Shown piece by piece: positions 46,697-57,010 of a stretch of 64,000 nucleotides of DNA. The notes below the pieces were generated by a model. It worked only from the letters and a program-made list of their open reading frames with translations. It did no database searches and was not told the DNA's origin. How positions within the stretch are numbered: position 1 is the stretch's first letter; each line of letters starts with the position of its first letter. The DNA lies in contig OZ246404.1 of NCBI GenBank assembly GCA_965230955.1, forward strand, positions 353,184 to 417,183, given 5' to 3'. The translations under genes were made by a program, and so were the position numbers. This stretch comes from an uncultured Candidatus Saccharibacteria bacterium. Lineage in GTDB: Bacteria; Patescibacteriota; CALEFQ01.

Positions 46697-48019
46697 CTAA
46701 TAGCGCAATGAGTCTTCCGCCATTTTTGTTACAGTTTCGTTTTCAAAGTTGTAAAGTTTTACTTGAGTTTGAGAAGAAGCCTCAGCGCTCTGCGGTGTGA
46801 TAACGACGAAATTTTCCGTGGTTTTGTTGGGATTGTTGTCTATCCATGTTCCGGAATTGGCGTAGATTGTTTTTTCGTTGTCGAGATTTTCGGACGCGAT
46901 AATTTTAGGTTCGTGCGTATGGCCAAAGACCACGATTCTTTTATCGGAGGCGGAATTCATGAAGTATTGCACCTTGGCCTGATTGTCGGTCTCGGTATTT
47001 GAACTTACTAAATCGATCGCTTCCGCCGTGTTGATATGAACCGGTACTTTGTTGAGTGTTTGCCGGGCCTCCCAGGTATCTTGAATTCCATTATAGAGAT
47101 CCACCTTTATTAATCCACCGGCAGTTGATTGATAAGGGACTATATCGTTCACGGAATAATTACCCTTGAATCCATTTACATTTGTTTGAATGATCTTCTC
47201 GTCAAATTTGTTTGTTATCGGGAATGTTTGAATTGTTCCCGCCCATTGTTTCCAGTATCTAAATAATAAATCCTGACTCTCACCTCCTGAAGTGTTTTGG
47301 GTGACAACCGGGAGGGTATCCCCGGGTGTTGGTTTGCCTTGGGCCACATAAAGTGCCGCTATTCTGGTAAAAAAGTATCCGGGAGGCAAGATCGTGCCCG
47401 GAGCGATTTTTTGATTTGAAATTGGATCGGGCGCACAAAAGAAATTGTAGCGGTGGCCATGCTCAATCGCTATTTGGGGATAATCAATCGGGGAGTAAGT
47501 ACCTAAGCCCAGCTCTTCATCCCGTGCCTGATTTATCCCCGGAAGGACATTTTCAATATTGGCGGCCGTAACTGTTAAATCATGATTTCCGGGTAAATAG
47601 GTGACCAGAATATTTTTTTCTTTAATGATACTGTTTATGGCATCAAATACGCCTTGGTTGGCTGTCGCAATCCGCCGGACGAAGTCAGCCTGGTCTTTTC
47701 CCTGATAAGTATCTATTGTTGCCGGGACAAACCATTCATCGAACAGGTCTCCGCCGATAACCAGTTCTTTCACATTGGGAGCGGCTTTAATCTGTTTCAG
47801 CAAATTTTCCAGAGCCGCCAGGTTTTTGTTGCACTCGGCATAACTCAGGTCGGCGCCGAGATGCATATCACTGAGAACAACTATCATATTCCTTTCATTA
47901 CCGCCATTGCTGAATGGGTTTGTCTCGGTATCGGCCTGATCCGACGTACCGCATGAGGTAAAAACACTTAAGCTGGTCAGAACGAAAAAAACACTTAATA
48001 ATCGCGTAATGGTTTTCAT
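46697..48019 (-). CDS. Secreted lipoprotein, calcineurin-like metallophosphoesterase
   Basis: Lipobox-like signal (LTSLSVFTSC), MPP motifs DMHLG, GGDLFDEW, GNHD. Confidence 0.7.
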   Translation of the reverse strand: MKTITRLLSVFFVLTSLSVFTSCGTSDQADTETNPFSNGGNERNMIVVLSDMHLGADLSYAECNKNLAALENLLKQIKAAPNVKELVIGGDLFDEWFVPATIDTYQGKDQADFVRRIATANQGVFDAINSIIKEKNILVTYLPGNHDLTVTAANIENVLPGINQARDEELGLGTYSPIDYPQIAIEHGHRYNFFCAPDPISNQKIAPGTILPPGYFFTRIAALYVAQGKPTPGDTLPVVTQNTSGGESQDLLFRYWKQWAGTIQTFPITNKFDEKIIQTNVNGFKGNYSVNDIVPYQSTAGGLIKVDLYNGIQDTWEARQTLNKVPVHINTAEAIDLVSSNTETDNQAKVQYFMNSASDKRIVVFGHTHEPKIIASENLDNEKTIYANSGTWIDNNPNKTTENFVVITPQSAEASSQTQVKLYNFENETVTKMAEDSLRY

Positions 48020-48042
48020 TTTTTCCTTGTTTTTAATTTTTA

Positions 48043-48594
48043 CTAAAGCAATAATCGACTTGCTTCATGTTTATCTTTAATAATCTCTTTGGCTGGCGGG
48101 CTTAGTTTATTCCAACTTCTTTCAAGTTTTTGCTTTAACCAAGTATTCGCTTCATCGATACTCATTTTATGGCTGAAAAACGCCATATAAAATAATGAAG
48201 AAATTGAATCAAAATGTGCCATGGAATCTGCGTCAGCAACGCATAAAGCTTCTTTGGTCAATTTTTGAACGGTCTTGCTTCCGCGATGGCTCAAGATGCA
48301 ATGTTTAACCTGCTCGATTTTATCCGAGGGATAATTAAACTTTTTTAAAATTTCCTCGGCTAATTTCGCTCCATGTATATGATGCTCTTCGTATAATTTA
48401 CGGTCTTTAACACTGGCATAATCATGAAGCAAGGCTGCTATTTCAACGATTTCTTGATCAGCCTCGAGTTTCTCGGCCATTAATTTGGCATATTTTACAA
48501 CCGGCAAGATGTGATGTGTCCAGGCGCCATATCCGAAATAGTTGGTTTCTTTTTTGCAGGTATCTTCGACAATTTTAGCTATTTCTTGAATCAT
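48043..48594 (-). CDS. HD-domain phosphohydrolase (paralog)
   Basis: ALLHDYASV HD motif. Confidence 0.7.
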   Translation of the reverse strand: MIQEIAKIVEDTCKKETNYFGYGAWTHHILPVVKYAKLMAEKLEADQEIVEIAALLHDYASVKDRKLYEEHHIHGAKLAEEILKKFNYPSDKIEQVKHCILSHRGSKTVQKLTKEALCVADADSMAHFDSISSLFYMAFFSHKMSIDEANTWLKQKLERSWNKLSPPAKEIIKDKHEASRLLL

Positions 48595-48697
48595 TGGAGG
48601 GTTGGAATAGATTAAACCTTGATTTAGTATAGTAGTAGTCGAATCGGCGGAGTAAAACTGAACTGAAAATGTGTGTTAGAATATTTCACTAAATCCG

Positions 48698-49309
48698 CTA
48701 TTCGGAAATAACCCAGAAACCGCCTCGTCTTTTTTTGCCATGCCTTTTTATTGCATCAATTAGGTTGGGTAGTTCAGCTCTTCGCTTTTTCGGCACGCTT
48801 CTGCCCGGATCAATTAATGTGACAATATTTCTATTGATGCTTTGAATTACGCAGGCATGTCCCCAGTCGCCGGAGCCGAAAAGCCGTTTACTGTTAAAAC
48901 AAACAATTACATCATTAGCTTTGCTGATATTGTCGCTAATAAACTTCGAATGATTTTTTACTTTTTCGAGAGGAAAATATGATTCTTTTAGGTCGATTTT
49001 GTATTTCCGAAAAAAATGATTTATTGAGAATCGTTTTTTGGCGACCTGGGTGCCATAACCTGCGATTGGTTTGCTGCCGGTCTTAACTTTTTTAAACTTA
49101 TGTGCTATTTCATTGGGAACGATCAATCCTAATTCGTGGCCAATTTCATCTTGGGTGCCATGTTTAATTTTTCGCCGGTCTAAAACCATCTTTAGGCATG
49201 CCGGAACACAATGATAGGGCAATTGTGTGATTGGTTTGTAGGGCGGTTTTTGATTCATAGCATAAATTACTTCTCTGCAGGATTTTTTAAACTCAAAAAA
49301 TAAGCTCAA
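48698..49309 (-). CDS. Papain-like / peptidase C39-like cysteine peptidase domain protein
   Basis: HCVPACLKMV Cys motif resembling C39 CGxxCLxM and downstream GHACVI His. Confidence 0.45.
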   Translation of the reverse strand: MSLFFEFKKSCREVIYAMNQKPPYKPITQLPYHCVPACLKMVLDRRKIKHGTQDEIGHELGLIVPNEIAHKFKKVKTGSKPIAGYGTQVAKKRFSINHFFRKYKIDLKESYFPLEKVKNHSKFISDNISKANDVIVCFNSKRLFGSGDWGHACVIQSINRNIVTLIDPGRSVPKKRRAELPNLIDAIKRHGKKRRGGFWVISE

Positions 49310-49457
49310 TCCATTCCGGTAATTTTTAGGTATATGTGATTGTTTGTGGAGTGAAACGTAATAATACCATTGTAATTTACTGACCGATTTAAGGCAAACA
49401 ATGCGAAAAGGCTCAAAAAAGAGAAAAATCGAGTTTTTGGCATATTTCCGAAGATCT

Positions 49458-49486
49458 TTGGCACTCCATCCTATCTATGTTATAAT
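49458..49486 (+). promoter_or_regulatory. Sigma-70-type promoter TTGGCA-17-TATAAT
   Basis: Read directly upstream of ftsA-like gene. Confidence 0.55.
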
Positions 49487-49521
49487 CATATAATAAAAAG
49501 GCTTTCGCCTAACGTTTTGTT

Positions 49522-50775
49522 ATGGGTTTATTTAGCAAACCAAAAACCAAATTACACCAATACGCCCTGGCGCTTGATATCGGTACGGCCGTAGTCAAAG
49601 CACTGGTGGTTCAGATAGATTTTCGCGAGTCCCGCGGGACGATTATTGGCGTGGGTAAAGAGCCGCAGCGGCTGGGTGATATGCACTCCGGCGCTGTCAG
49701 CAATATTGAAGGAGTGGTGGCTACGTCTCAACGTGCTATCGCGCGGGCGACTCAAATGGCGAAAGTCGAGCCGGATCAAGTTGTTTTGGGAATCGCGGGC
49801 GAACAGGTGAAAGGTGCCAAGACCACGGTTCATTACGAAAGGCTGAAACCGGACAGCAAAATTGATGCCAATGAATTGAAAGAAATTGTCGGACAAGTTC
49901 AGCAACGCGCTTTTGAAAAAGTGCGCAAGCAATTGGCTTGGGAAACCGGGCACAATGAAATCGACGTGAAGTTAATCAATGCGGCGGTCGTTGACGTTCA
50001 TATCGACGGTTATCGAGTGTCTAATCCGCTGGGCTTTCAGGGCAAGGATGTCAGTATCGGTATTTTCAATGCTTACGCTCCCTTGATCCATTTAGGCGCG
50101 CTGCAGTCGATTGCCGCTGATTTGGGGCTGGATTTGCTCAGTATCACCGCCGAACCGTATGCCGTTGCGCGCGCCGTCAGCGAGGATAGCGATGATTTCG
50201 GCGGAATTTTCATTGATATCGGCGGGGGAACGACGGATATCGCGGTGGTGCACAAGGGCGGGGTGGAAGGAACGAAAATGCTGGCGATTGGGGGCCGGGC
50301 TTTCACCAAAAGATTGGGTGACGAATTAGGCAAAGGTTTTGATGAAGCCGAACAGATTAAATTGCGTTATTCCGCCTCGAGGCTCGGACCGGAAGGCATG
50401 GTCAAGATAAAAGATATCCTAACCAATGACTTGAGGGTCTGGCTCTCGGGCGTCGAGCTGGCTCTAAGCGAATTCAAAGGCATTGATTTATTGCCGTCCC
50501 GGATTTTCCTGTGCGGCGGCGGATCGATGCTTTCTGGTATCAAAGAGTCTCTACTGTCTCAGAAATGGATCGAAAATTTGCCGTTTGCCCGTCCGCCCAA
50601 GGTGGTGCACCTGAAACCGAAAGATGTTAAGGATATTGTCGATCAGACCAAAACATTGAAAGATACTTCCGATATCACCCCGATGTCTCTGGCCAATGTG
50701 GCGATTGAGCTGGCCGGGACAGAAACGGTGATGGGAAAAGTTTTGCACAAAGTAGTCAGCATTTTGGAAACCTAA
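49522..50775 (+). CDS. ftsA: Actin-like ATPase, FtsA/PilM family
   Basis: Phosphate-1 ALDIGTAVVKALVV and phosphate-2 IDIGGGTTDIAV motifs; 417 aa fits FtsA. Confidence 0.6.
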   Translation: MGLFSKPKTKLHQYALALDIGTAVVKALVVQIDFRESRGTIIGVGKEPQRLGDMHSGAVSNIEGVVATSQRAIARATQMAKVEPDQVVLGIAGEQVKGAKTTVHYERLKPDSKIDANELKEIVGQVQQRAFEKVRKQLAWETGHNEIDVKLINAAVVDVHIDGYRVSNPLGFQGKDVSIGIFNAYAPLIHLGALQSIAADLGLDLLSITAEPYAVARAVSEDSDDFGGIFIDIGGGTTDIAVVHKGGVEGTKMLAIGGRAFTKRLGDELGKGFDEAEQIKLRYSASRLGPEGMVKIKDILTNDLRVWLSGVELALSEFKGIDLLPSRIFLCGGGSMLSGIKESLLSQKWIENLPFARPPKVVHLKPKDVKDIVDQTKTLKDTSDITPMSLANVAIELAGTETVMGKVLHKVVSILET

Positions 50776-52350
50776 ATGAAACTGGTTTATCTGGAATTGG
50801 AAGAAGAGATCACCTCGGTGATCGATAAACTGCGTCGCACTCCTACGACGGAGATATTTATTGTTGTTCCCAAAAAGGCCAATCTGGTGCAAAGTATGGT
50901 TAATCTGAAATTACTTAAAAAACATGCCGGTATGCTCGGCAAAGAAGTCACGATTGTGACGGCTGATCCGGTCGGGCTGAATTTGGCCCAGCGCGCCGGT
51001 TTGCCGGCTCGCCCCCGAGTGGATGCTCCGACCGAGCTTGGTGAAAACGAAGAGATAAATCTCAAACCGAAAGGGGATAAAGAATCCTTGCGCGTCCGCA
51101 GTTACCGCGAAATCCAGCGTCCCGCCGCCAAGAAAAAATCCAATGTGGAATTGGGTCGGGTGCCGGTACGGGGCGAGCCGAAAAAACCCAAAACTGTCAG
51201 CCTGATTTCTCGGCGGAAAATAGCCCTGGTTTTGATCATTGTTCTGGCCGTTCTTTTGGGAGCGGCGGCGTATGTATATTTTTACCTGCCGACCGCTAAA
51301 TTGAATCTGACGCTGAAAACGGAATCAATCACCAATGATGCGAAAATAACGGTTTCGGAATCGGTGAGCGGACCTGATTCTGGTACCAACCAAATTCCCG
51401 GCAAGAAGTACGAAGTCGAATTGGAAGATTCGCTCAAAGCTCCGGCCACCGGCGAAAAAGACGTGGGACGCAAAGCCCAGGGAACAATCACTCTCTATAA
51501 CACTTACCAGACAACGCCGCGCACGATTGTGCCGTCGCGTTTCCAGGCGGCCGACGGTAAGGTTTTTCGCTCGAACGAAGCGGTGACTTTGCCGGGCTAT
51601 ACCGATACCGGCGGGGGAAACAAAACCCCGGGCACCGTCACTTTGGCGGTGGAAGCGGAAGAACCGGGGGAGTCGTACAATATCGGACCGACAACCTTTG
51701 TTCTGCCGGCGCTCGATCCCGGCTTAAAAAAGGAAATCTACGGCAAAAGTTCGACGGCGATGGTGGGCGGGACTTCCGAGATGGCCAAAGTCGTTTCGGA
51801 GGACGATCTCAAAAAAGCCGAAGAAACTTTGTTGAGCCGAATAAAGGATAAGGCGGTGTCTTCTTTCCGGGACGGGGATTATACTTTGGTGCCGGCCGGA
51901 TCCAATGTCGAAATAGTCGCCTACGAGCCGAAACCGGCCAAAGATGAAAAAGCGACGGAATTTTCTTTGAAGATAAAAGCCAAATTGACTTTCTTGGCGT
52001 TCAAAGAAGCTGACCTGAAAAGCGTGGCGGCGGATGATCTCAAAAACGTATTGCCGTCAGACAAGTTTGTGGTCGGCGATGAGGCCGGCGATATTTCTTA
52101 CGAACTTTCGGAAGATCGTATCGCCGAAGGATCGATGGTGATTTATTACCATGAAAACAAACGTTTTACTCCGCTGATCGCCAAGGAAAAAATAAAAGAA
52201 GACGTGGCCGGTCTGACCGCCGAGGAGGCGAAATCCAAGCTCGGGGGAAAAGAAAATGTCCTGGAAGTGACGGTGGATTTCTGGCCTTTTTGGGTCCGCC
52301 GACTGCCGAATGACGTCAATAGGATCACCGTTGACATAATTCTCAAATAA
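50776..52350 (+). CDS. Bitopic membrane protein (cytoplasmic N-domain, one TM, large extracytoplasmic domain), unknown function
   Basis: Single hydrophobic helix IALVLIIVLAVLLGAAAYVYFYL; no recognised domain. Confidence 0.45.
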   Translation: MKLVYLELEEEITSVIDKLRRTPTTEIFIVVPKKANLVQSMVNLKLLKKHAGMLGKEVTIVTADPVGLNLAQRAGLPARPRVDAPTELGENEEINLKPKGDKESLRVRSYREIQRPAAKKKSNVELGRVPVRGEPKKPKTVSLISRRKIALVLIIVLAVLLGAAAYVYFYLPTAKLNLTLKTESITNDAKITVSESVSGPDSGTNQIPGKKYEVELEDSLKAPATGEKDVGRKAQGTITLYNTYQTTPRTIVPSRFQAADGKVFRSNEAVTLPGYTDTGGGNKTPGTVTLAVEAEEPGESYNIGPTTFVLPALDPGLKKEIYGKSSTAMVGGTSEMAKVVSEDDLKKAEETLLSRIKDKAVSSFRDGDYTLVPAGSNVEIVAYEPKPAKDEKATEFSLKIKAKLTFLAFKEADLKSVAADDLKNVLPSDKFVVGDEAGDISYELSEDRIAEGSMVIYYHENKRFTPLIAKEKIKEDVAGLTAEEAKSKLGGKENVLEVTVDFWPFWVRRLPNDVNRITVDIILK

Positions 52351-52538
52351 CCCTTGCCAAAAATTATATCCTTTGGTAAACTATGAGTACTGAATTTTAG
52401 CTAGATATCTACATCTCCTGACCTGGGAATTAGCAGATTTGCGCCGTATTAAGCTGGATACGTTCAAATATCGCGGATATTCCGCTTCATTTGACAAATC
52501 ACACCCAGTGCGGTAGTGTGGGTTTTTGTGTAGTGTCT

Positions 52539-52811
52539 ATGCCTTCAAAATTTCGCAAATTCAAGCCCAAAACCGATACCCGGCCGGTTCATAAGCCGAA
52601 AAAAGGCGTGATAGAAATTACGGGTACGGTGTTGGAAAACCTTCCCAACGCTAATTTTAAGGTGCGTTTAGAGAACGGGCACGAGATCCTGGGGCACATT
52701 TCCGGACGAATGAGAATGAATTTTATCCGTCTCTTGCCTGGGGATAAAGTCATTGTGGAAATGACACCTTACGATTTAACTAAAGGCCGGATAATTTTCC
52801 GACATAAATAA
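52539..52811 (+). CDS. infA: Translation initiation factor IF-1
   Basis: [60 protein letters not shown]; start at ATG 52539 (ORF track starts with upstream TTG). Confidence 0.85.
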   Translation: MPSKFRKFKPKTDTRPVHKPKKGVIEITGTVLENLPNANFKVRLENGHEILGHISGRMRMNFIRLLPGDKVIVEMTPYDLTKGRIIFRHK

Positions 52812-52814
52812 TTT

Positions 52815-52928
52815 ATGAAAGTACAAACTTCCGTTAAAAAACGCTGCGAGCAATGCAAAATTATTCGTCGCCGAGGCGTCGTCCGGGTTATTTGTACTAA
52901 TCCGCGTCACAAGCAGCGGCAAGGATAA
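52815..52928 (+). CDS. rpmJ: 50S ribosomal protein L36
   Basis: Hand-translated [37 protein letters not shown]. Confidence 0.8.
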   Translation: MKVQTSVKKRCEQCKIIRRRGVVRVICTNPRHKQRQG

Positions 52929-53008
52929 TTGGTCTTTGATCTTTAGTCTTTCGCCCCTTACAGGCAGGAGACCAAAGACTAAAGACCAAAGACTAACGAC
53001 TAAAGACC
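52929..53008. repeat. AGTCTTT-heptad palindrome between rpmJ and rpsM
   Basis: ttggtctttgatctttagtctttcg ... gagaccaaagactaaagaccaaagactaacgactaaagacc. Confidence 0.8.
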
Positions 53009-53011
53009 CTT

Positions 53012-53404
53012 ATGATTAGAATCGCCGGGGTAAACCTGCCCCCTCATAAACGAATGGAAGTTGCCCTGACCTATATCTATGGTATCGGTCGGCCTTTGAG
53101 TAAGAAAATACTCAAAACTGTCGGGATTGATCCGAATAGCAAAACAGATGTTTTGGCCGCCAAAGATGAAAACAACCTGCGCGAGTTGATTGAAAAAAAT
53201 CAGAAAGTCGAAGGCGATTTGCGCCGTTCGGTTGCCATGAATATCAAACGTTTGAAAGAAATCGGTTCATATCGCGGTAGCCGGCATGCCAAAGGTTTGC
53301 CGTGCCGCGGACAGCGTACCCGCCGGAATACCCGGACTTTGCGCGGTAATCGACGTGATCGATCGGTCGGCAGCGGCCGACGTCCCGCTTCGGAAAAGAC
53401 TTAA
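53012..53404 (+). CDS. rpsM: 30S ribosomal protein S13
   Basis: [10 protein letters not shown]...YIYGIG N-terminus. Confidence 0.9.
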   Translation: MIRIAGVNLPPHKRMEVALTYIYGIGRPLSKKILKTVGIDPNSKTDVLAAKDENNLRELIEKNQKVEGDLRRSVAMNIKRLKEIGSYRGSRHAKGLPCRGQRTRRNTRTLRGNRRDRSVGSGRRPASEKT

Positions 53405-53431
53405 TCGTTCTAGTTAAGTAATTTTACTCTA

Positions 53432-53929
53432 ATGTCTGAAGAGAAAGCACAAAAAGCTCCCGTCGCCCAGCCGGTAAAAGACAAGGCTCCTCTTAAAACT
53501 GCCAAGACTGCCGATAAAAAATCCGCTTCGAAAGAAACGGCGTCTACCGCCAAAGGCAAGAAACCTGTCAAAGAAGTCAAAAAACTTCTCCGGGGACAAG
53601 CGCACATTCAGTCCACTTACAATAATACGATTATTTCACTGACTGATCTGAGCGGTAATGTTTTGAGCTGGGCGAGTGCCGGACACTTGGGATTCAAAGG
53701 CGCCAAGAAAGCTACCCCGTACGCGGCGTCGTTGGTGGTCGCCAATGTGGCGGAAAAAGTCAGTCCTTACGGTATGCGGGAAGTCGATGTTTATCTGAAG
53801 GGCATTGGTTCCGGCCGTGAAGCGGCCGTTCGTGCTCTGCAAACCAACGGCTTACAGGTTATGTCAATCAAAGATATGACGCCGATTCCGCATAACGGTT
53901 GCCGTTCCAAAAAACCGCGTCGAGTTTAA
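53432..53929 (+). CDS. rpsK: 30S ribosomal protein S11 (Lys-rich N-terminal extension)
   Basis: [16 protein letters not shown] ... [11 protein letters not shown] core. Confidence 0.85.
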   Translation: MSEEKAQKAPVAQPVKDKAPLKTAKTADKKSASKETASTAKGKKPVKEVKKLLRGQAHIQSTYNNTIISLTDLSGNVLSWASAGHLGFKGAKKATPYAASLVVANVAEKVSPYGMREVDVYLKGIGSGREAAVRALQTNGLQVMSIKDMTPIPHNGCRSKKPRRV

Positions 53930-53981
53930 TAAATCAGTCCATGGTCGCAAGACCATTGACCCTAGAATATAGATTAATCTT

Positions 53982-54608
53982 ATGGCTAGACTTACCGGAA
54001 AACAATGTCGTCTTTGCCGCCGTGAAGGCGAGAAACTCTTTCTTAAGGGCGATCGTTGTGCTACTCCCAAATGTGCGATGGTGCGACGTTCATATGCTCC
54101 TGGATCACATGGAGAAAAGGGTGGACGTTTGAGTGAGTTCGGCCAGCAATTGCGCGCCAAACAGAAAGTGAAGCGTATTTACGGTTTGCTCGAAAAACAA
54201 TTTCGACGTTATTACGAAACCGCGGCTCGCCAAAAAGGCGTGACGGGCGATATGTTACTCCGTTTACTGGAATGTCGATTGGATAATGTTATTTATCGTT
54301 CAGGTATTGCTGCTTCGCGTAATTTAGCGCGCCAATTGGTGGGACACGGCGCCATAAAGGTGAATAATGGCAAGGTTACTCGCCCAAACTACTGGGTTAA
54401 TCCGGGCGATGAAATTACCATTAATGCCACCAAGTTGAAGAATAAATATTTTACCGCTCTCAGCAAAAGACTGGCCCCCAAGAGTATTCCCGCCTGGTTG
54501 ACGCTGGATATTAAAAATATGAAGGTAAAAATCAACCAGTGGCCGACACGGGCCGATGTTGATTTATCGGTTGATACCCAACTTATCGTCGAGTTATATT
54601 CACGTTAA
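53982..54608 (+). CDS. rpsD: 30S ribosomal protein S4
   Basis: MARLTGKQCRLCRREGEKLFLKGDRC zinc-finger N-terminus. Confidence 0.9.
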   Translation: MARLTGKQCRLCRREGEKLFLKGDRCATPKCAMVRRSYAPGSHGEKGGRLSEFGQQLRAKQKVKRIYGLLEKQFRRYYETAARQKGVTGDMLLRLLECRLDNVIYRSGIAASRNLARQLVGHGAIKVNNGKVTRPNYWVNPGDEITINATKLKNKYFTALSKRLAPKSIPAWLTLDIKNMKVKINQWPTRADVDLSVDTQLIVELYSR

Positions 54609-54700
54609 TTCGCTTTTGTCCGCCGGTGGCGGACGGTGTCGGATTACACCTCCCTTTGTGGGGGAACCGCGGCCCTTGGCCCGGGAGATTCAATTAATGA

Positions 54701-55723
54701 GTGATCGAAGATTATGCAACTTCGACACCGTTAAACAATCGTGTGCAAACCATAGATTTACCGTCTAAAATCGAGTTTTCTAAACTAACCGATCGTGAAG
54801 CAACTTTAGTGGTTGAGCCTTTATTTCCCGGTTACGGAACCACTATCGGCAATGCTTTGCGTCGGGTTTTATTGTCTTCATTGTCCGGAGCCGCGGTGAC
54901 GGCCGTCAAAATCAAAGGCGTTGATCATGAATTTTCCACCGTTCCTGGGGTAAAAGAAGATGTGGTCGAATTGATTTTGAATCTGAAAAAACTGCGTCTC
55001 CGAGTTCATTCCGACCAAGCGGTAAAATTGACTTTGAAAAAATCGGGCGAAGGTGAAGTTTTGGCCGAATCGATTGAAGCTCCCAGCGAAGTCGAAATTG
55101 CCAACAAAGATCTACCGATCGCCACGCTGACTTCCAAACAAGCCAAATTAGAAATGGAAATAACCGTTCAGGCCGGACGAGGTTACGTCCCGGTGGAACA
55201 GCGCGATAAAGAGAAAATGGATATCGGTACGATCGCGGTTGACGCCATTTTTTCTCCGATTCGCTCGGTTAGTTTCCAGGTGGAAAATATTCGGGTCGGC
55301 CAGATGACCGATTATGATAAGATCACCATGATGATCCGCACCGACGGCACTGTGCCGCCGAAAGAAGCGGTTGATCAGGCGGCCAAAATTTTAGTCGATC
55401 ATTTCAGTTTGTTTACCGATGTCCAGGCCAAAAAAGAAGCCAAGCCGCTCAAAGGCGCGGCGACGGTTGCTTTGCCGGGACAGTCGGCCAAGATGAGTTT
55501 GGGCGACAATGACGCGGCTATCGAAGATTTGAAACTGTCGACCCGAACTACCAATGCTCTTTATGGTGCCGGTCTCAAAAAATTGAGCGATGTAGTTTCC
55601 CGCCGGGAAAGCGAATTACTGTCTCTTTCAGGTTTCGGCGAAACGGCTTTGAAGGAAATTTGGAAATTGCTCAAAAAACGAGGCTTGGCTTTACGCGACG
55701 ATCCTGCCGTTTCCGATAAATAA
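54701..55723 (+). CDS. rpoA: DNA-directed RNA polymerase subunit alpha
   Basis: N-terminal dimerisation domain plus alpha-CTD; position after rpsD. Confidence 0.85.
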   Translation: MIEDYATSTPLNNRVQTIDLPSKIEFSKLTDREATLVVEPLFPGYGTTIGNALRRVLLSSLSGAAVTAVKIKGVDHEFSTVPGVKEDVVELILNLKKLRLRVHSDQAVKLTLKKSGEGEVLAESIEAPSEVEIANKDLPIATLTSKQAKLEMEITVQAGRGYVPVEQRDKEKMDIGTIAVDAIFSPIRSVSFQVENIRVGQMTDYDKITMMIRTDGTVPPKEAVDQAAKILVDHFSLFTDVQAKKEAKPLKGAATVALPGQSAKMSLGDNDAAIEDLKLSTRTTNALYGAGLKKLSDVVSRRESELLSLSGFGETALKEIWKLLKKRGLALRDDPAVSDK

Positions 55724-55740
55724 TAGCTTTAGTTAATCAT

Positions 55741-56094
55741 ATGCAACATTTGCGAGTGGGCCGAAAATTGGGTCGAGTAAAAGAATTGCGCTTAGCTCTG
55801 CTGAAGAACTTAGCCGCGTCTTTTCTGATAAAAGGATCCTTGACCACGACCGAAGCCAAAGGGAAATCTTTGCGGCCTTTTGTCGAAAAACTGATCACGC
55901 TTGCCAAACGGAAAACCGGATTGGCCGCCAAGCGCCAGCTGACTTCCAAGCTGTATAGCGCAGATGCGGTAAAGCTTTTACTTACTACTTATAAAGAGCG
56001 TTATAAAGATCGAGCCGGCGGATACACTCGGATTTTGAAATTGAAACGCCGTTTGGGCGATAATGCTCCTTTAGTTAAAATTGAATTGGTATGA
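55741..56094 (+). CDS. rplQ: 50S ribosomal protein L17
   Basis: MQHLRVGRKLGR start. Confidence 0.85.
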   Translation: MQHLRVGRKLGRVKELRLALLKNLAASFLIKGSLTTTEAKGKSLRPFVEKLITLAKRKTGLAAKRQLTSKLYSADAVKLLLTTYKERYKDRAGGYTRILKLKRRLGDNAPLVKIELV

Positions 56095-56483
56095 AAAAGA
56101 CATTAACTACAAATAAGGCCGGTAAGGATTACACGATTGATGCCGCCGGCCAATCGTTGGGACGCGTGGCGGCGCAATGCGCTGCTTATCTTCTCGGTAA
56201 GCATCGAGCCGATTACGTGCCGCACCAAGTCTGCGTGGATACCGTGACGGTCATTAACGTGGCTAAAATTGTTCTGACCGGCCGCAAAATGGAACAGAAG
56301 GTCTATCATCATTACACCGGTTATCCCGGCCATCTGAAAACAATTTACGCGAAGGATTTGATGGAAAAAGATCCGGGCCAGCTGGTTGAGCGGGCGGTGT
56401 ACGGGATGTTGCCGCCGAATAAATTACGCAAGGATCGTTTGCATCATTTGAAGATTTATAAATCGCAAGCTCCGACTAAGTAA
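56091..56483 (+). CDS. rplM: 50S ribosomal protein L13
   Basis: L13 fold motifs; overlaps rplQ stop. Confidence 0.85.
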   Translation: MKKTLTTNKAGKDYTIDAAGQSLGRVAAQCAAYLLGKHRADYVPHQVCVDTVTVINVAKIVLTGRKMEQKVYHHYTGYPGHLKTIYAKDLMEKDPGQLVERAVYGMLPPNKLRKDRLHHLKIYKSQAPTK

Positions 56484-56485
56484 TT

Positions 56486-56956
56486 TTGTTTAATTATAGT
56501 TTTATGGTTGTTAAAAAGACGAAAAAACCCGAGATAGTAAAAGAAGCGGCTCCTAAAAAAGCGCCCAAGGGTTCGACTTATGTTGCGATTGGTCGCCGAA
56601 AGAGTGCGGCCGCGCGCGTTAAGATGGAACTCGGGCAGGGAAAGATCATTGTCAACGGCAAAGATCCGCAAAAATATTTCACTTCGGTGGCTCAGCGCCG
56701 AGTTTTGCTTCAACCCTTGGAAACCGCTAGTTTGGTTGATCGGGTTGATTTAGCGATCAAAACCAAAGGCGGCGGAATGCAAGCTCAGGCCGAGGCGGCC
56801 CGTTTGGGCATCGCCCGGGCGATTATTCTGTTTGACCGGGAGCATCGCATCGCTCTCAAGTCGGCCGGTTTTCTGCGCCGAGATCCGCGCGAGAAGGAAC
56901 GCAAGAAATACGGCCTCAAACGCGCTCGCCGGGCGCCTCAATTCTCTAAACGTTAA
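56486..56956 (+). CDS. rpsI: 30S ribosomal protein S9 (N-terminal extension; start uncertain)
   Basis: C-terminal GLKRARRAPQFSKR S9 signature. Confidence 0.85.
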   Translation: MFNYSFMVVKKTKKPEIVKEAAPKKAPKGSTYVAIGRRKSAAARVKMELGQGKIIVNGKDPQKYFTSVAQRRVLLQPLETASLVDRVDLAIKTKGGGMQAQAEAARLGIARAIILFDREHRIALKSAGFLRRDPREKERKKYGLKRARRAPQFSKR

Positions 56957-57010
56957 AACCTTTATAGCGAGGGATCAATTCCATCGCTATATTATTAAAT
57001 CTAAAACAAA

